Source of the DNA: Pristiophorus japonicus
Taxonomy: Eukaryota
Direction of reading: 5' to 3'
DNA: 64,000 nt
Assembly (NCBI RefSeq): GCF_044704955.1
Contig: NC_091990.1
Location: 40,238,001-40,302,000, forward strand
Under the pieces are notes generated by a model. The model did not search any database, was not told where the DNA came from, and was given only the letters and a program-made list of their open reading frames with translations. The stretch's first letter is position 1. Each line of letters opens with the position of its first letter. Positions 13,451 through 26,559 of this stretch are shown here, in pieces. Position numbers and translations under genes: made by a program.

Positions 13451-14439
13451 GTAAGCATCGCTCCACTTTGCCATGTGATAAATTGATTTTTCCAAATGAG
13501 GTAAAACAATTCTAGGAATTGAAATTGCCACCAACCTGGTTTCCCATGGGCGGACTAGTTCAAATCATCCCTGATGTTTCTAAAGTAGGCGATAATGATG
13601 CACTATGGCAGTGTAGTATTTTCAAATCATTCAGCTTCATGAATTAAAGAAGAAAGAAACTGGTATTGAGAGTAAAGTAGGAAGTTATGGCTAACACTGG
13701 GACTGTCACAGTAATGTTTGTTTGGTGCATAGTTGTAATGTTTACTGGCTTACTTGGCTTGACCTTTTAAAGTCAGCCATTCAGGTATCTCCTGAAGTGG
13801 AGAAGTGGACTAAATAGCTACTGAGGAAGTTTCTCTAGATTATCAGCTGCTTGCTTCCTTGTTATCTGAAGGTTTGAAATAAACAGAAGATGTCTGGATT
13901 TCTTTTTCTCCTCAAAAGTACTCAATTTGATTTACTGGTAGTTTTTTTTACAAATTGTGACATCAGATTTTAAGATGAGCACATAACCTAGGCTGACACT
14001 TCAGTGTAGTACTGAGGGAGTACTGCACTATCGGAGGTGCCATCGGAGGTTAAAGCAAGGCCCCTTCTGCCTTCTTGGGCGGATCCATGGCACTATTCAA
14101 AAGAACAGGAGAGTTCTCCAATATTTATCTCTCAATCAATATCACTAAAACAGCTTATCTATCATTAACCCATTGCTATCCTTGCTTTGCACAAATTGGC
14201 TGCTGCATTTCCTGCATTGCAACAGTGACTGCACTTCAAACAAGTACTTAATTGGTTGTAAAGTGTATGTGTATATGTAATATATATATATATATATAAC
14301 ACTCCTTAAAACCTAACACTTGGTCACCTGCCCTAATCTTTCTGTGTGGTTCAATGTCAAATATTTGTCTTATAACACTCCTGTGAAGCACCTTGGGACA
14401 TTTTACTACATTTATAGGTGCTATATAAATACAAGTTCT

Positions 14440-14508
<69 letters not shown>

Positions 14509-17500
14509 CTCCCTTCTTTCTTTTTCTTTCATTTCGGGTAGAGGCGGTGAGAAGCACCAGGCCCCACAAAGAAAATAAAAACGCTCATTTCTTTGGGCCT
14601 CTTGTGCCCAGAGCACCTCTTCCCACTGTCTCCACCTCGCTACAAACCTACAACAGCTTGGCTGCTCAGGCCAGTAGTTAAAATTGCAGTCGGGTCCTGA
14701 TGACACCATTGCAGTCTGACGGGCATGTGTAAAGTAGGACCACGCTGACTTTGGCAGGTTACTTTGCCGCTTGCTCAGTAGAGCACGATAAACTTCAGGA
14801 CGGGTATTACTTCATCACGACTTTCTGCTGGGTCAGTAAGCCGGACATTGGAATTGCCACCAACCTGGTTTCCGGTTCAAATCACCCCTGATGTTTCAAT
14901 AATGATGCACTATGGCAGTGTAGTATTTTCAACTCATTCAGCAGCTTCATCAACCAAAGAAGGAAGAAACTGGTACTGAGAGTAAAGCAGAAAGTCATGG
15001 CTAACACTGGGACTGTCACAGTTATGTTCGTTCAGTCCTAGGGGTTCAATGTGATGCTCACCTCAATACTTGCAGCTCTTTTGCTGTGAACAAAAATAGA
15101 CAATTAAATCAAATGTCCCCTGATTAAAGGGGGGGACATCCAAAACTTTCAAACAAGTGCACTTTTTTGGGGGGTTTTGTGGGGTTTTTTGGGCACTAAA
15201 GCCACAAATTATGCAAGTGCTCCCTATAAAAGGGGAGGGGGGCACTAAAACCAGCAATAAAACAAATTAAACTTTAAAACATTTAAAATTAAATTAAAAT
15301 TTGGTTGCCGGGGGTGAGGGGGGAAGGCCGCGAGCGTACCGGTGGACACCCTGTGCTCCATCTCTAGGGACACCCTGGCCCGGATGTACGTGCGGAAGAG
15401 AGACAGGCAGTCGGGCTGAACGACCCCCTCGGCCGGCGCTGCCTGGACCGGCTGATGGCACCCTTGGCTGTGCCCAGGAGCAGTCCTACGAGGAGGCCTT
15501 TGGACCTACCCGCTCCCCTCCGCACAGGGTGCCCAAAGATCAGGAGCGTGGGACTACCGCAATACTTACAACTCTTTTGTTGAACAACAGCTATACAACT
15601 CTTTTTGAGTAAACAAAAGAAACATTAGATCAAGTGCCCCCCGATCTGGGGGACACTCCAAACATTTCACACGGCCCTTTTTTTTTGTTTTTTTTGGTGA
15701 TTTTTGTGGGGGGTTTTTTGGGTATAAAATAATAGTTTTTTTTCTCCAAGTGCCCCCTATAAAAGGGGAGGGGGACACTAAAAACACCGGCAATTAAAAC
15801 AAATTAAACTTTAAAACATAAAATCAAATTAAAATTTGGTTGTCGGGGGTGATGATGCACTCCAGTCCCTCCGGCGCCCACCTCTCGCAGAAGGCCGCGA
15901 GCGTACCGGTGGACACCGCGTGCTCCATCTCTAGGGACACCCTGGCCCGGATGTAGGCACGGAAGAGAGGCAGGCAGTCAGGCTGAATGACCCCCTCGAC
16001 CGCCCGCTGCCTGGACCGGCTGATGGCACCCTTGGCCGTGCCCAGGAGCAGTCCTACGAGGAGGCCCTCGGACCTACTCGCTCCCCTCCGCACAGGGTGC
16101 CCAAAGATCAGGAGCGTGGGACTACCGCAATACTTACAGACAGAATTCCATTAGATTGCTGCAACCACTTAATGTTTATAACATATAATTGATGTTTCCT
16201 GTAATTCAGTGCATAGCAATGCAGCATGAACCATGAGTAACAGTGGTTGGTGTCTGTTATTCTTGAACTTGCTGTTTAATTCTGGTACCTTTATTAAGCT
16301 TCAGTGCTGTTAAAGGTTGAGAGATAGAATTTCTCCCAATTATCTGCAATAACTTTTGAATATCGGCAGAACTCTTGGACTAATAGCTTAAATGGCCATT
16401 TATATCGCTTCTCCGGGTTTCGGTCAAAGTTACGGCAGATAATCAGGTGCACCCCTGTGGAAATGCCAGGCATGGCACCTTCAAGAAATTTGGAAGAATG
16501 TCTTGGATCTGGATTATTATTACAAATATAACTAATATTCCGAGATGCTGGACGGAAATATTGTGAAGAAAATAAAACGTCACTGCAGACAGGACGAATT
16601 CTGACATGGTACGATTGTACATTTCAGGCATTAGATCTATTGTTAAATTGCCTGAGTGTGGCTCTTATTTGAATCCCTATGTGTCACTTGGCTTGTACGA
16701 AGCTCCTGTATATATGTGCTATGTTCAAACGGGGATGTCTCCTATTTCAGCTGGTGCCGTTGCTGCTGCTCCTGCGGTTCTGGCTCTGGTGGGATTTACC
16801 AGTGCGGGAATAGCAGCCGGTTCTATCGCTGCAGGTATGATGTCTACGGCTGCTGCCGCCAATGGAGGAGCTGTAGCAGCTGGAAGTCTGGTGGCCATCC
16901 TTCAATCTGTTGGTAAGGCTCAGTGATAAGTCATGAATATTTGTCAATCTTTTAAAGCCTCACTGATGATGCCTGGCTTTCTCTGCATCTATGAAGATGC
17001 TGAATATCATTTGATATTAAATACTCATTTGTTTTGGTAACTTTTCTTAGTACAGTCTTCATTCAAACTAAATGCAATAATCTAGAATTCTGCTATGTCT
17101 TAATCTCAACAAAGTGCTAATGAAATATGGGTTGGCTTTGCTATCAATACAAATAAAGAAATGTCCAATGGATTATAATATGGATTCCACCCTTCCCTAA
17201 TTTACTGTTCAGCTCTGGAATATAAGGGGCTAGGTTATCAGTTGGAGGCTTTTTCAGGCGATAATGGCGGTGGGTCGATAAAATTGGCGCCGGGAAATGG
17301 TTTGCACCTGCAGCCACAAAATTCAGCAGCTGTGCCCTGAGTGTGGAGCAGAGCACCAAGGGAGGCGTTGCACACCTCTCTTAGGGAACTAGGCCGGCTG
17401 AGCAACTGAAAATCTGTTGCAAAAGAGCCGGCCTTGGAACACCCTGAGTGGCTTCCCTGGAAAGAAATTGCCAAAAAAACACACAGCATTCCCAATACCT

Positions 17501-18235
17501 TGCTCACCCCACAAAGATAAATCGCAAAATAAAACAAAGAAAAAAACACTGACACTTACCTTGTGTAGTCATTCCTTCCCTCACCGTTGCATGAACAGCT
17601 CGGACCGAGGCCGTTCCGGATTTCGGAATGTCTTTCCAACGCCCGAATCCGGAAATACCTGGGCCAAGGTCCAGGGCGGCAGAGGGGGGGAGCAGCGGGT
17701 CCGGGTGCTGCAGGACTGGGTCTGGGTGCTGTGGTGAGGGGGGGGGGGGGATTATTTACTGTTGTGAAAAAAAAACTATTTGGCTCAGCGGTGACCCTTA
17801 GTTAGATTTAAAAAAAAAAAAGCCTGGGATAAACCTGCGTTACAGCCATTGGGACAAAGGGATAGGAATGAAGACCTGCAAAAAAGGTAAGTTAATGTTT
17901 TTAATTGTAATTCTTTTGCAGCGATTCGCTAGAAAAGGGTCTTGTGAATGTTTTGTGTTTTTTTTTATTTTTTGGAATTTCCCGGCGGGCCTGGAAGCTG
18001 GCCGTCTGGATGCAAATCATTTGTATATCCATTACTGCCCTTCCGGGACGTCAATAGAAATGGAAGCCCAATGAATATCCAGCCTAATAGTGTTGATTAT
18101 GAACAAATTCAGGACATCTCAATTTATTATTTTCTTATCTTTAAAGGAGCGGTTGGACTCTCTACCGTTGCCACTGCTGCAGTGGGAACTGGAGGTGGTG
18201 CCTTAGCTGGAGGTCTTGCAGCTATACTCATTTGA
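13408..18235 (+). CDS. IFI27: ISG12/IFI27-like gene 1, join(13408-13450,16751-16912,18147-18235), 97 aa
   Basis: Canonical AG/GT sites, both introns phase 1, total 294 nt. Protein MGLLTAAIITTAGAAGAVAAAPAVLALVGFTSAGIAAGSIAAGMMSTAAAANGGAVAAGSLVAILQSVGAVGLSTVATAAVGTGGGALAGGLAAILI contains the ISG12 motif GFT..GIAA.S.AA.MMS..A.ANGG.V.AGSLVA.LQS.G. Confidence 0.93.
13518..15040 (+). repeat. Intronic direct duplication (13518-13730 vs 14848-15040)
   Basis: Shared sequence gaattgccaccaacctggtttcc...aatgatgcactatggcagtgtagtatttt...atggctaacactgggactgtcacagt. Confidence 0.8.
14447..14505. repeat. (CT)n microsatellite at the tail of an L2/SINE 3' end
   Basis: About 29 CT units. Confidence 0.95.
15075..16127 (-). 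mobile_element. Second tandem dimer of 5'-truncated Tx1-like LINE
   Basis: Units 15075-15559 and 15571-16127 bounded by CAATACTT(G/A)CA at 15064, 15560 and 16128. ORF 15824-16093 (LLLGTAKGAISRSRQ..DCLPLFRAYIRARVSLE..AFCERWA) resembles the Tx1 ORF2 C-terminus. Confidence 0.82.
16751..16912 (+). CDS. IFI27: ISG12 gene 1, 162-nt ISG12-domain exon
   Basis: tttcAG acceptor, G|GTAAGG donor, ISG12 motif. Confidence 0.95.
17226..18084. mobile_element. Non-autonomous DNA transposon (Harbinger-type MITE) in intron 2 of gene 1
   Basis: Flanked by TAA on both sides, with GGGGCT...AGCC imperfect termini. Absent from the paralogous intron of gene 2. Confidence 0.55.
18147..18235 (+). CDS. IFI27: ISG12 gene 1, last coding exon
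   Basis: ttaaAG acceptor, GAVGLSTVATAAVG...ILI followed by TGA; AATAAA downstream. Confidence 0.9.
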
Positions 18236-18303
18236 AAAAGGAAAGTGCCTTAAGACACCTGAAAATCAATGCACATCTTTCCTCTTAATTCTCCATATGA
18301 AGG

Positions 18304-18327
18304 AATAAAAATATAATCAAAAATAAA
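18304..18327 (+). terminator. Polyadenylation signals of gene 1
   Basis: AATAAA at 18304 and 18322, followed by GT/T-rich sequence. Confidence 0.7.
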
Positions 18328-19059
18328 TAAAGCTTCTGAATATTCTGTCTTGTCTCTGACTGTTTTGCCTTCTAGAATATAGCAGAGTGGAATGTATAAT
18401 GCTGGAATTTAGCTCTGGAAGCAGGTTATAATCTCCCACCATAACCAACTACAACCAGCTTCAAGCCAAGATTCCAGCTATGAAACGTTCCGCACCTCTG
18501 TTCTGAATTGATGAGCTACAGGATCAGTTTTGTTTACTGCTAATTCTTAGTGATATTTTGCTGAAACTAATTTGTGTGTTATAGGAGTATAACTCGATAC
18601 TTATAATCTTAGCAATATCTTGCCCAAATGCAGTTGTTTCAATCCTGTGGTTTGCTTCAAAACCCTCGCTAAAGGGCCATTGCTTGATTTAAAGGTTTGA
18701 GACCTATTCATGTACACGTTTTTTCTAAAGACACAAAAGTTCCTTTGCCTGTCTCTAGAATCTGAAATCCTGAATATCCAGACTTTGGGAAGCTGTAAGC
18801 AGATTAATCACTTCAGCACATCCTCGCCTCAAACATCCACCCCACTTGCACCACGCCTGTGTTAGCTTTCCCAATCATCACTGCTCTCCTTTCTCATCCT
18901 TGCAGTAAGATGGGGAATGCTATAACACAAAGCCTATACCATAAAAGCAGTGTGTTGCCTTCAATTGTTTGGGCATTCAGGATGCTAGTAGAACCCTGTC
19001 ACATCAAGTTCCATATTGCTGAGCCAGTGCCATTGACACAGAGCAGTAAAACGGGCTTC

Positions 19060-19170
19060 TGGTATCTTCTGCCCATGGACCCCAATATGGTTTCCAGTAC
19101 CCTCTGCCCGTTGACCCCAATGGGGCTTCCGGCACCTTCTGCCCATTGACCCCAATGGGGTTGATTCCCA
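19060..19170. repeat. Imperfect tandem repeat of about 35 bp with a CCCCAATGGGG core (paralog at 39350-39445)
   Basis: ccgttgaccccaatggggcttccggcaccttct repeated 2-3 times in both duplicated units. Confidence 0.7.
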
Positions 19171-19409
19171 ACCTGCCGCCTGGGTGTAAATCTAATGTGG
19201 GTCGACCGTGTGTTATAGAAACTGCCCGACTTTCATTTCCATTGAAATTGATCCGCAACACCAGTTTCACGTCAGAGCAGCAAATTAAAAACCGACGTCA
19301 ATGTATTTGCCTCTTTTTTATAGTTTTACAATATCTAACAATTACATTGTACTTGTAAAAAAAATACTGCTTAATAAATTTATTATGCCTGCTCTTTTAA
19401 AGAACTCTT

Positions 19410-19990
19410 CCATTTAATGCCACACTCCAGCTTTTTCACCATAACCCTGCAAATTAGTCATTTTCAAGTGATTGTCCAATTGCCTTTTGAACGTTCCTAT
19501 GGATTCTGATTCCACCATACTTTCAGGTGGTGCGTTCCAGGCCTGACCAACCCTCTGGGTGAAGAAATTTCTCCTCATTTTCCCTCTAGTTCTTTTTGTC
19601 AATTATTTTAAACTTATGACCTCTGGTTGCCAGAGGAAACCGTTTCTCCCTACATACTCTCTCAAAACCCTTCATAATTTTGAATACCTCTATAGGTCTC
19701 CCCTTAACCTTTTCTTTAAGGAGAACAATCACAGCTTCTGCAATCTCTCCACATAACTTAATTCCCTCATCCCTGGAATCATCCTGAAAACATCCTCTGT
19801 ACCCTCTTCAGGGCCTTGACATCCTTCCTAAAGTATGGTGCCCAGAATTGTACACAATAGTCCAGCTGAAGCCGAACCAATGATTTGTAAAGGTGTAGCA
19901 TGACTTGCTTCTTTCTGTATTCAATGTCCCTATTTACAAAACCAAGTATCCCATACACCTGCTTAACTGGATTATCGACTTGCCCTGCTA
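19410..19990 (-). mobile_element. Old CR1-group LINE 3' fragment predating the duplication (paralog 39700-40960)
   Basis: ORFs 19414-19602 and 19779-20090 contain RRNFFTQRV and LYKSLVRLQLDYCVQFWAP. The same element is present in both duplicated units. Confidence 0.8.
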
Positions 19991-21226
19991 AATGACTGGG
20001 CTGAGGCCTGTCTTGGAGAAAAACTTGAGGACCAGTTGTCACTACAGAATTTTGTGCCCAAACCGTTAACCCTAGAAGTAAATTCCACAAGAAGTTTAAA
20101 GATGTTTCTCTTGTTCACTGTACTAAACCCCTTACATTTATTCTTGTTCTATGGCTCCTCGTCTTGACCCTTCAACCACTAGAAACAGCCTATCTCCCCC
20201 ATCCCAACTCTCATGATTTTGAACATTTCTATCATATCACCCTGGAATATGTGTTAAACATGAGAAGCCTGGGCCTGATTTGAGATTTTCGGGGTTTTTC
20301 GGCGAAAACGGTAGCGATACGCTAAAATTACCATATTCGGAGCGCTACCATTTTTAGGCCGAACTTTCGGCCTTTATGTATGCGCCAGGGGCGTCCCCGA
20401 TTCTACATAGAGCAAAACCAGAGTTTTGGCAACTTTAGTCCGGAGTCGTTTGTGCTGCGAGAGAGGCATTGGCAGGGGGAAAAAAAATTCCAAAAACATT
20501 TACAAGACCCTTAGCTACAAAATCACTGAAAAAAAATGTTTTAAATAAAAATGTAAGTTACCTTTTTGCAGGTTTTCTTACCGCTGCTGGCAGAGCTGCA
20601 ACAACAGGTTTGACCTGTCGCTATTTAGTGCGTGGTGTATGGGTCAGGAGAGGCTGAAAGTCGATCGCAATCTGAGTCGTTGCACATCGGTGCATCTCTC
20701 CCCAGCGATAATTGCACCACCACAAACAGGTACCCGAGGATCCCGCCCAGGTTTGCGATCAGGTTTTAGCTGCGGAGGCACAAAGTAGGAATGGGCCTAA
20801 GATTCAGGAATGCTCCTGTATCATTTGACTTCCTGTACTAATCTGTTATACAACCACAACTGGCTGCCTTAGTGATTATTAGATTATAACACTTTCTGCT
20901 GCACATACCTTGTAAGCATTATCTCTGGTCATTCACAGTGGGGAGAAAAACTGCAAGAGATGAAAAGAGGAGCCATTCCTTCCCATACAATCTGCATGCC
21001 TTACTCTCTAAACTTCACTGTTAAAATAAAGTAACTCCTTCGGGAGTTTTGACAAGTTTTCTTTGGCTGACCTCTCCCCCACCCCCTTCCCCTCCCTCCC
21101 CGCCTCCTCTCACCCTCGGAGTGACTATTGACAACGTGGCCAACCTGCATCAATGGTGACATCAGAATGACTATTGACACATTTCCCAGCATTGCATTAT
21201 TCACAGGGCAGAGTTTAGGGGTTATT

Positions 21227-24200
21227 ACATAGAAACATAGAAAATAGGTGCAGGAGTAGGCCATTCGGCCCTTCGAGCCTGCACCACCATTCAATATGAT
21301 AATGGCTGATCATTCCCTCAGTACCCCTTTCCTGCTTTCCCTCCATATCCCTTGATCCCCCTAACCGTAAGGGCCATATCTAATTCCCTCTTGAATATAT
21401 CTAATGAACTGGCATCAACAACTCTCTGCGGCAGGGAATTCCACAGGTTAACAACTCTCCGAGTGAAGAAGTTTCTCCTCATCTCAGTCCTAAATGGCCT
21501 ACCCCTTATCCTAAGACTGTGACCCCTGGTTCTGGACTTCCTCAACAATGGGAACATTCTTCCTGCATCTAACTTCGACAGTCCCGTCAGAATCTTATAT
21601 GTTTCTATGAGATCCCGTCTCATCCTTCTAAGCTCCAGTGTATGAAGGCCCAGTTGATCCAGTCTCTCCTCATATGTCAGTCCAGCCATCCCGGGAATCA
21701 GTCTGGTGAACCTTCGCTGCACTCCCTCAATAGCAAGAATGTCCTTCCTCAGATTAGGAGACCAAAACTGAACACAATATTCCAGGTGAGGTCTCATCAA
21801 GGCCCTGTACAACTGCAGTAAGACCTCCCTGCTCCTATACTCAAATCCCCTAGCTATGAAGGCCAAAATACCATTTGCCTTCTTTACCACCTGCTGTACC
21901 TGCATGCCAACTTTCAATGACTGATGAACCATGATACCCAGGTCTAGTTGCACCTCCCCTTTTCCTAATCTGGCGCCATTCAGATAATATTCTGCCTTCG
22001 TGTTTTTGTCCCCAAAGTGGATAACCTCACATTTATCCACATTATACTGCATCTGCCATGCATTTGCCCACTCACCTAACCTGTCTAAGTCACCCTACAG
22101 CCTCTTAACGTCTCCTCACAGCTCACACCGTGCCGCCACCCAATTTAGAGTTATCTGCAAACTTGGAGATATTACACTCAGTCCTTCATCTAAATCATTA
22201 ATGTATAATGCAAAGATCTGGGGTCACAGCACTGAGCCCTGCGGCACTCCACCAGTCACTATCTGCCATTCTGAGAAGGACCTGTTTATCCCGACTCTCT
22301 GCTTCCTGCCTGCCAACCAGTTCTCTATCCACGTCAGTATATTACCCCCAATATCATGTGTTTTGATTTTGCACACCAATCTCTTGTGTGGGACCTTGTC
22401 AAAAGCCTTTTGAAAGTCCAAATACACCACATCCACTGGTTCTCCCTTGTCCACTCTACTAGTTACGTCCTCAAAAAATTCCAGAAGATTTGTCAAGTAT
22501 GATTTCCCTTTCACAAATCCATGCTGACTTGGACTGATCCTGTCACCGCTTTCCAGATGCGCTGCTATTTCATCCTTAATAATTGATTCCAACATTATCC
22601 CCACTACTGATGTCAGGCTAACTGGTCTATAATTACCCGTTTTCTCTCTCCCTCCCTTTTTAAAAAGTGGTGTTAGATCAGTTACCCTCCAGTCCATAGG
22701 AACTGATCCAGAGTCGATAGACTATTGGAAAATGATCATCAATGCATCCACTATTTCTTGGGCCATTTCCTTAAGTACTCTGGGATGCAGACTATCAGGC
22801 CCCGGGGATTTATCGGCCTTCAATCCCATCAACTTCCCTAACACAATTTCCCGCCTAATAAGAATATCCTTCAGTTCCTCCTTCTCACTCGACCCTCGTC
22901 CGCTAGTACTTGCGGAAAGTTATTTGTGTCTTCCTTCGTGAAAACAGAACCAAAGTACTTGTTCAATTGGTTTGCCATTTCTTTGTTCCCCATTATAAAT
23001 TCACCTGAATCTGACTGCAAGGGACCTACGTTTATCTTTACTAATCTTTTTCTCTTCACATATCCATAAAAGCTTTTGCAGTCAGTTTTTATGTTCCCGG
23101 CAAGCTTCCTCGCATACTCTATTTTCCGCCTCTTAATTAAATCCTTTGTCCTCCTCTACTGAATTCTAAATTTCTCCCAGTCCTCAGGTTTGCTGCTTTT
23201 TCTGGCCAATTTATATGCCTCTTCCTTAATTTAACACTATCCTTAATTTCCCTTGTTAGCCACGGTAGAGCCACCTTCCCATTTAAATTTTTACACCAGA
23301 CAGGAATGTATAATTGTTGAAGTTCATCCATGTGATCTTTAAATGTTTGCCATTGCCTATCCACCGTCAACTCTTTGAGTATCATTTGCCAGTCAATTCT
23401 GGCCAATTCACACCTCATACTATCGAAGAAACCTTTCCTTAGGTTCAGGACCCTAGTTTCTGAATTAACTGTGTCACTCTCCATCTTAATAAAGAATTCT
23501 AGCATATTATGGTCTCTCTTCCCCAAGGGGCCTCGCAAAACAAGATTGCTAATGAGTCCCTTCTCATTACACATCACCCAGTGTAGGATGTCCAGCTCTC
23601 TGGTTGGTTCCTCAACATATTGATCTAGAAAACCATCCCTAATACACTCCAGAAAATCATCCTCCACTGCATTGCTACCAGTTTGGTTAGCCCAATCAAT
23701 GTGTAGATTAAAGTCACCCATGATAACTGCTGTACCTTTATTGTACGCATCCCTTATTTCTTGTTTGATGCTGTCCCCAACCCCAGTACTACTGTTTGGT
23801 GGTCTGTACACAACTCCCACTAGCATTTTCCGCCCTTTGGTATTCCGCAGCTCCACCCATACCGATTCCACATCATCCAAGCTAATGTCTTTCCTTACTA
23901 TTGCATTAATTTCCTCTTTAACCAGCAATGCCACCCCACCTCCTTTTCCTTTCTGTCCATCCTTCCTAAACGTTGAATACCCTTGGATGTTGAGTTCCCA
24001 GCCTTGGTCACCCTGGAGCTATGTCTCCGTGATGCCAATAATCGTTAACTGCTATCTGAACAATTAATTCATCCACCTTATTCCGAATACTCCTCGCATT
24101 GAGGCACAGAGCCTTCAGGCTTGTCTTTTCACACCTTGCCCCTTCAGAATTTTGCTGTAATGTGGCCCTTTTTGCTTTTTGCTTTAAGTTTCTCTGCCCT

Positions 24201-25510
24201 CCACTTTTACTTTTCTTCTTTCTATCTTTTGCTTCTGCCCCCATTCTACTTCCCTCTGTCTCCCTGCATAGGTTCCCATCCCCCTGCCATATTAGTTTAA
24301 CTCCTCCCCAACAGCTCTAGCAAACACTCCTCCTAGGACATTGGTTCCGGTCCTGCCCAGGTGCAGACCATCCAGTTTGTACTAGTCCCACCTCCCCCAG
24401 AACCGGTTCCAATGTCCCAGGAATTTGAATCCCTCCCTTCTGCACCACTCCTCAAGCCACGTATTCATCTGAGCTATCCTGCGATCCTACTCTGACTAGC
24501 ACATGGCACTGGTAACAATCCTGAGATTGCTACTTTGAGGTCCTACTTTTTAATTTAGCTCCTAGCTCCCTAAATTTGTCTCGTAGGATCTCATCCCATT
24601 TTTTATCTATATCGTTGGTACCTATATGCACCAAGACAACTGGCTGTTCACCCTCTCTTTTCAAAATATCATGCATCCACTCTAAGACATCCTTGACCCT
24701 TGCACCAGGGAGGCAACGTACCTTCCTGGAGTCTTGGTTGCGGCCGCAGAAACGTCTATCTATTCCCCTTATAATTGAATCCCCTATCACTATCGCTCTC
24801 CCACTCTTTTTCCTGCCCTCCTGTGCAGCAGAGCCACCCACGGCTGCTGCTGCTCTCCCCTGATGAGTGATCCCCCTCAACAGTACCCAAAGTGGTATAT
24901 CTGTTTTGCAGAGGGATGACTGCAGGGGACGCCTGAACTACCTTCCTTGCACTGCTCTTCCTGTTGGTCACCCATTCCCTATCTGGCTGTGTGCCCTTTT
25001 CCTGCGGTAAGACCAACTCACTAAACATGCTATTCATGTCATTTTCAGCATCATGGATGCTCCAGAGTAAATCAACCCGCAGTTCCAATGCCGCAATGCA
25101 GTCTGTCAGGAGCTGCAGGCGGATGCACTTCCCGCACATGTAGTCGTCAGGGACACTGGAAGCGTCCCTGACTTCCCACATATTACAGGAGGAGCATAAC
25201 ACGTGTCCGAGCTCTCCTGCCATGATTTAACCTCTAGATTAACTTAATTTGGCAACAACAATGCTACTTACTGATAAAGAAAAGAAAAAGAAAAACTATT
25301 TACCAATCACCAGCCAATCACTTACCTCCTTGGCTGTGACGTCACCTTTTGATTTCTTTCTCCTTCTTTTTTGCCTTCTCTCCCAGCTGTAGCTGCACCG
25401 GCTGGCTCCTCAACGCACCTCGAACTCCCCGCTCGAAGTCCCGCTGCCTCCGACACTCACAGGCCTTTTTATAGGCCACTCCTCGACACACCTCGAACTC
25501 CCCGCTCGAA
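21227..25510 (-). mobile_element. Near full-length CR1 LINE (5' UTR, ORF1 zinc finger/SGNH esterase, ORF2 APE-RT, (TTTCTATG)n tail), frameshifted
   Basis: ORF1 24756-25223 (CSSC..CGKC) and 24530-24880 (VIGDS, VHIGTND). ORF2 pieces 23137-23934, 22224-22697 and 21318-22052. Tail acatagaaacatagaaa at 21227. Absent from the paralogous site at about 41660. Confidence 0.95.
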
Positions 25511-26559
25511 GTTAGGATTGGGTTTCGTGGTTTGGGCTAGTGGTTCAGGTGTTAGGAGTTTATTTAGGTTGTTAGGCTCAGGGGTTAGAATTAGTGGTTA
25601 GTGTAAGAAGCCATTATTGACAACGCCATTGTCACTAGCTGCATGTTTTCATGTTTTTTTTAACTCATGCAGATGAGTCACAAAACAGCCTCATGAATTG
25701 TTCATTCTAAGAACATTCTTTCTTGCCCAAGTTTGAGTCCCTCCCTTCTTTCACATCTCTACATTTCTCACAGAAAAATATACCAGGGACATTATATTTT
25801 AGTATTTTGGCACAAGAGCAGGTGGATCATGGTGTTGACTTTTTACATTCAGTCATCGGAATGCCTCAAAAGAGTTCTGACAATAACATATGACCAGCGT
25901 CATCAGATTCCACTGTGATATATTCATCCATTACCCAACTTCACCTTTACTGGAGTTGATTTCACTACCATGGCCATTCACCATAATGTGGCACTCTGAT
26001 TCCCTTTTTATAGTCACCGTGTAAGTGGTCCCTGGATTTGGTCTCTTACTGTAAATGTCACTGGATTTGGTCTCCTTGTTATATAAACCAATAAATGGGA
26101 CACTATAAATAAAATAAAAGTTCCCTTTTAAAGCGACACAACAAATAAGGGACTTAAAGATAGATAGAAAATAGGTTGGACCTCTGTGGTCCGGCACCCA
26201 GAGGACCTGACCGGTGCCGAAACAGAGAATTTCCCGAACCATGAGAGGTCACACCTAGCCTAGGCTTACTGGTACATGTGGACAGCGCCCAGGCTTCTGA
26301 ATGCCTCCGCCACACTCAGGCTCAGGCTGCGAAACTTGGGCCTCGCACCCTCTCTCCGTGTAGAAATCACCCAGGTACATTGATTAATTAACGCGCTGGT
26401 TTGGTGCTTTTTTTTTTATAAACCCTCCTCTCCCTCAGACCCAGCTTCGGCGCCTCATTCAGCCGGGACTAATGCCGGACCACAGATGTTTCTGGACCAG
26501 AGAGTCCCGGATTAGAGAGGTCCAAACTGTAATAAGAAAGGAAACTTATAAATTAAACA

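Noticed and set aside
14248-14709. ERERER / SLSLSL ORFs
   Set aside because: These are translations of the (CT)n microsatellite.
16606-16926. 106-aa single-exon ISG12 ORF in the ORF track (likewise 36881-37093)
   Set aside because: The N-terminal part is intronic. Splice sites at 16751 and 16912 are conserved in both paralogs while the upstream frame is not.
19060-19170. Palindromic-core repeats of about 35 bp as a CRISPR or regulatory array
   Set aside because: Only 2-3 degenerate head-to-tail units with no spacers.
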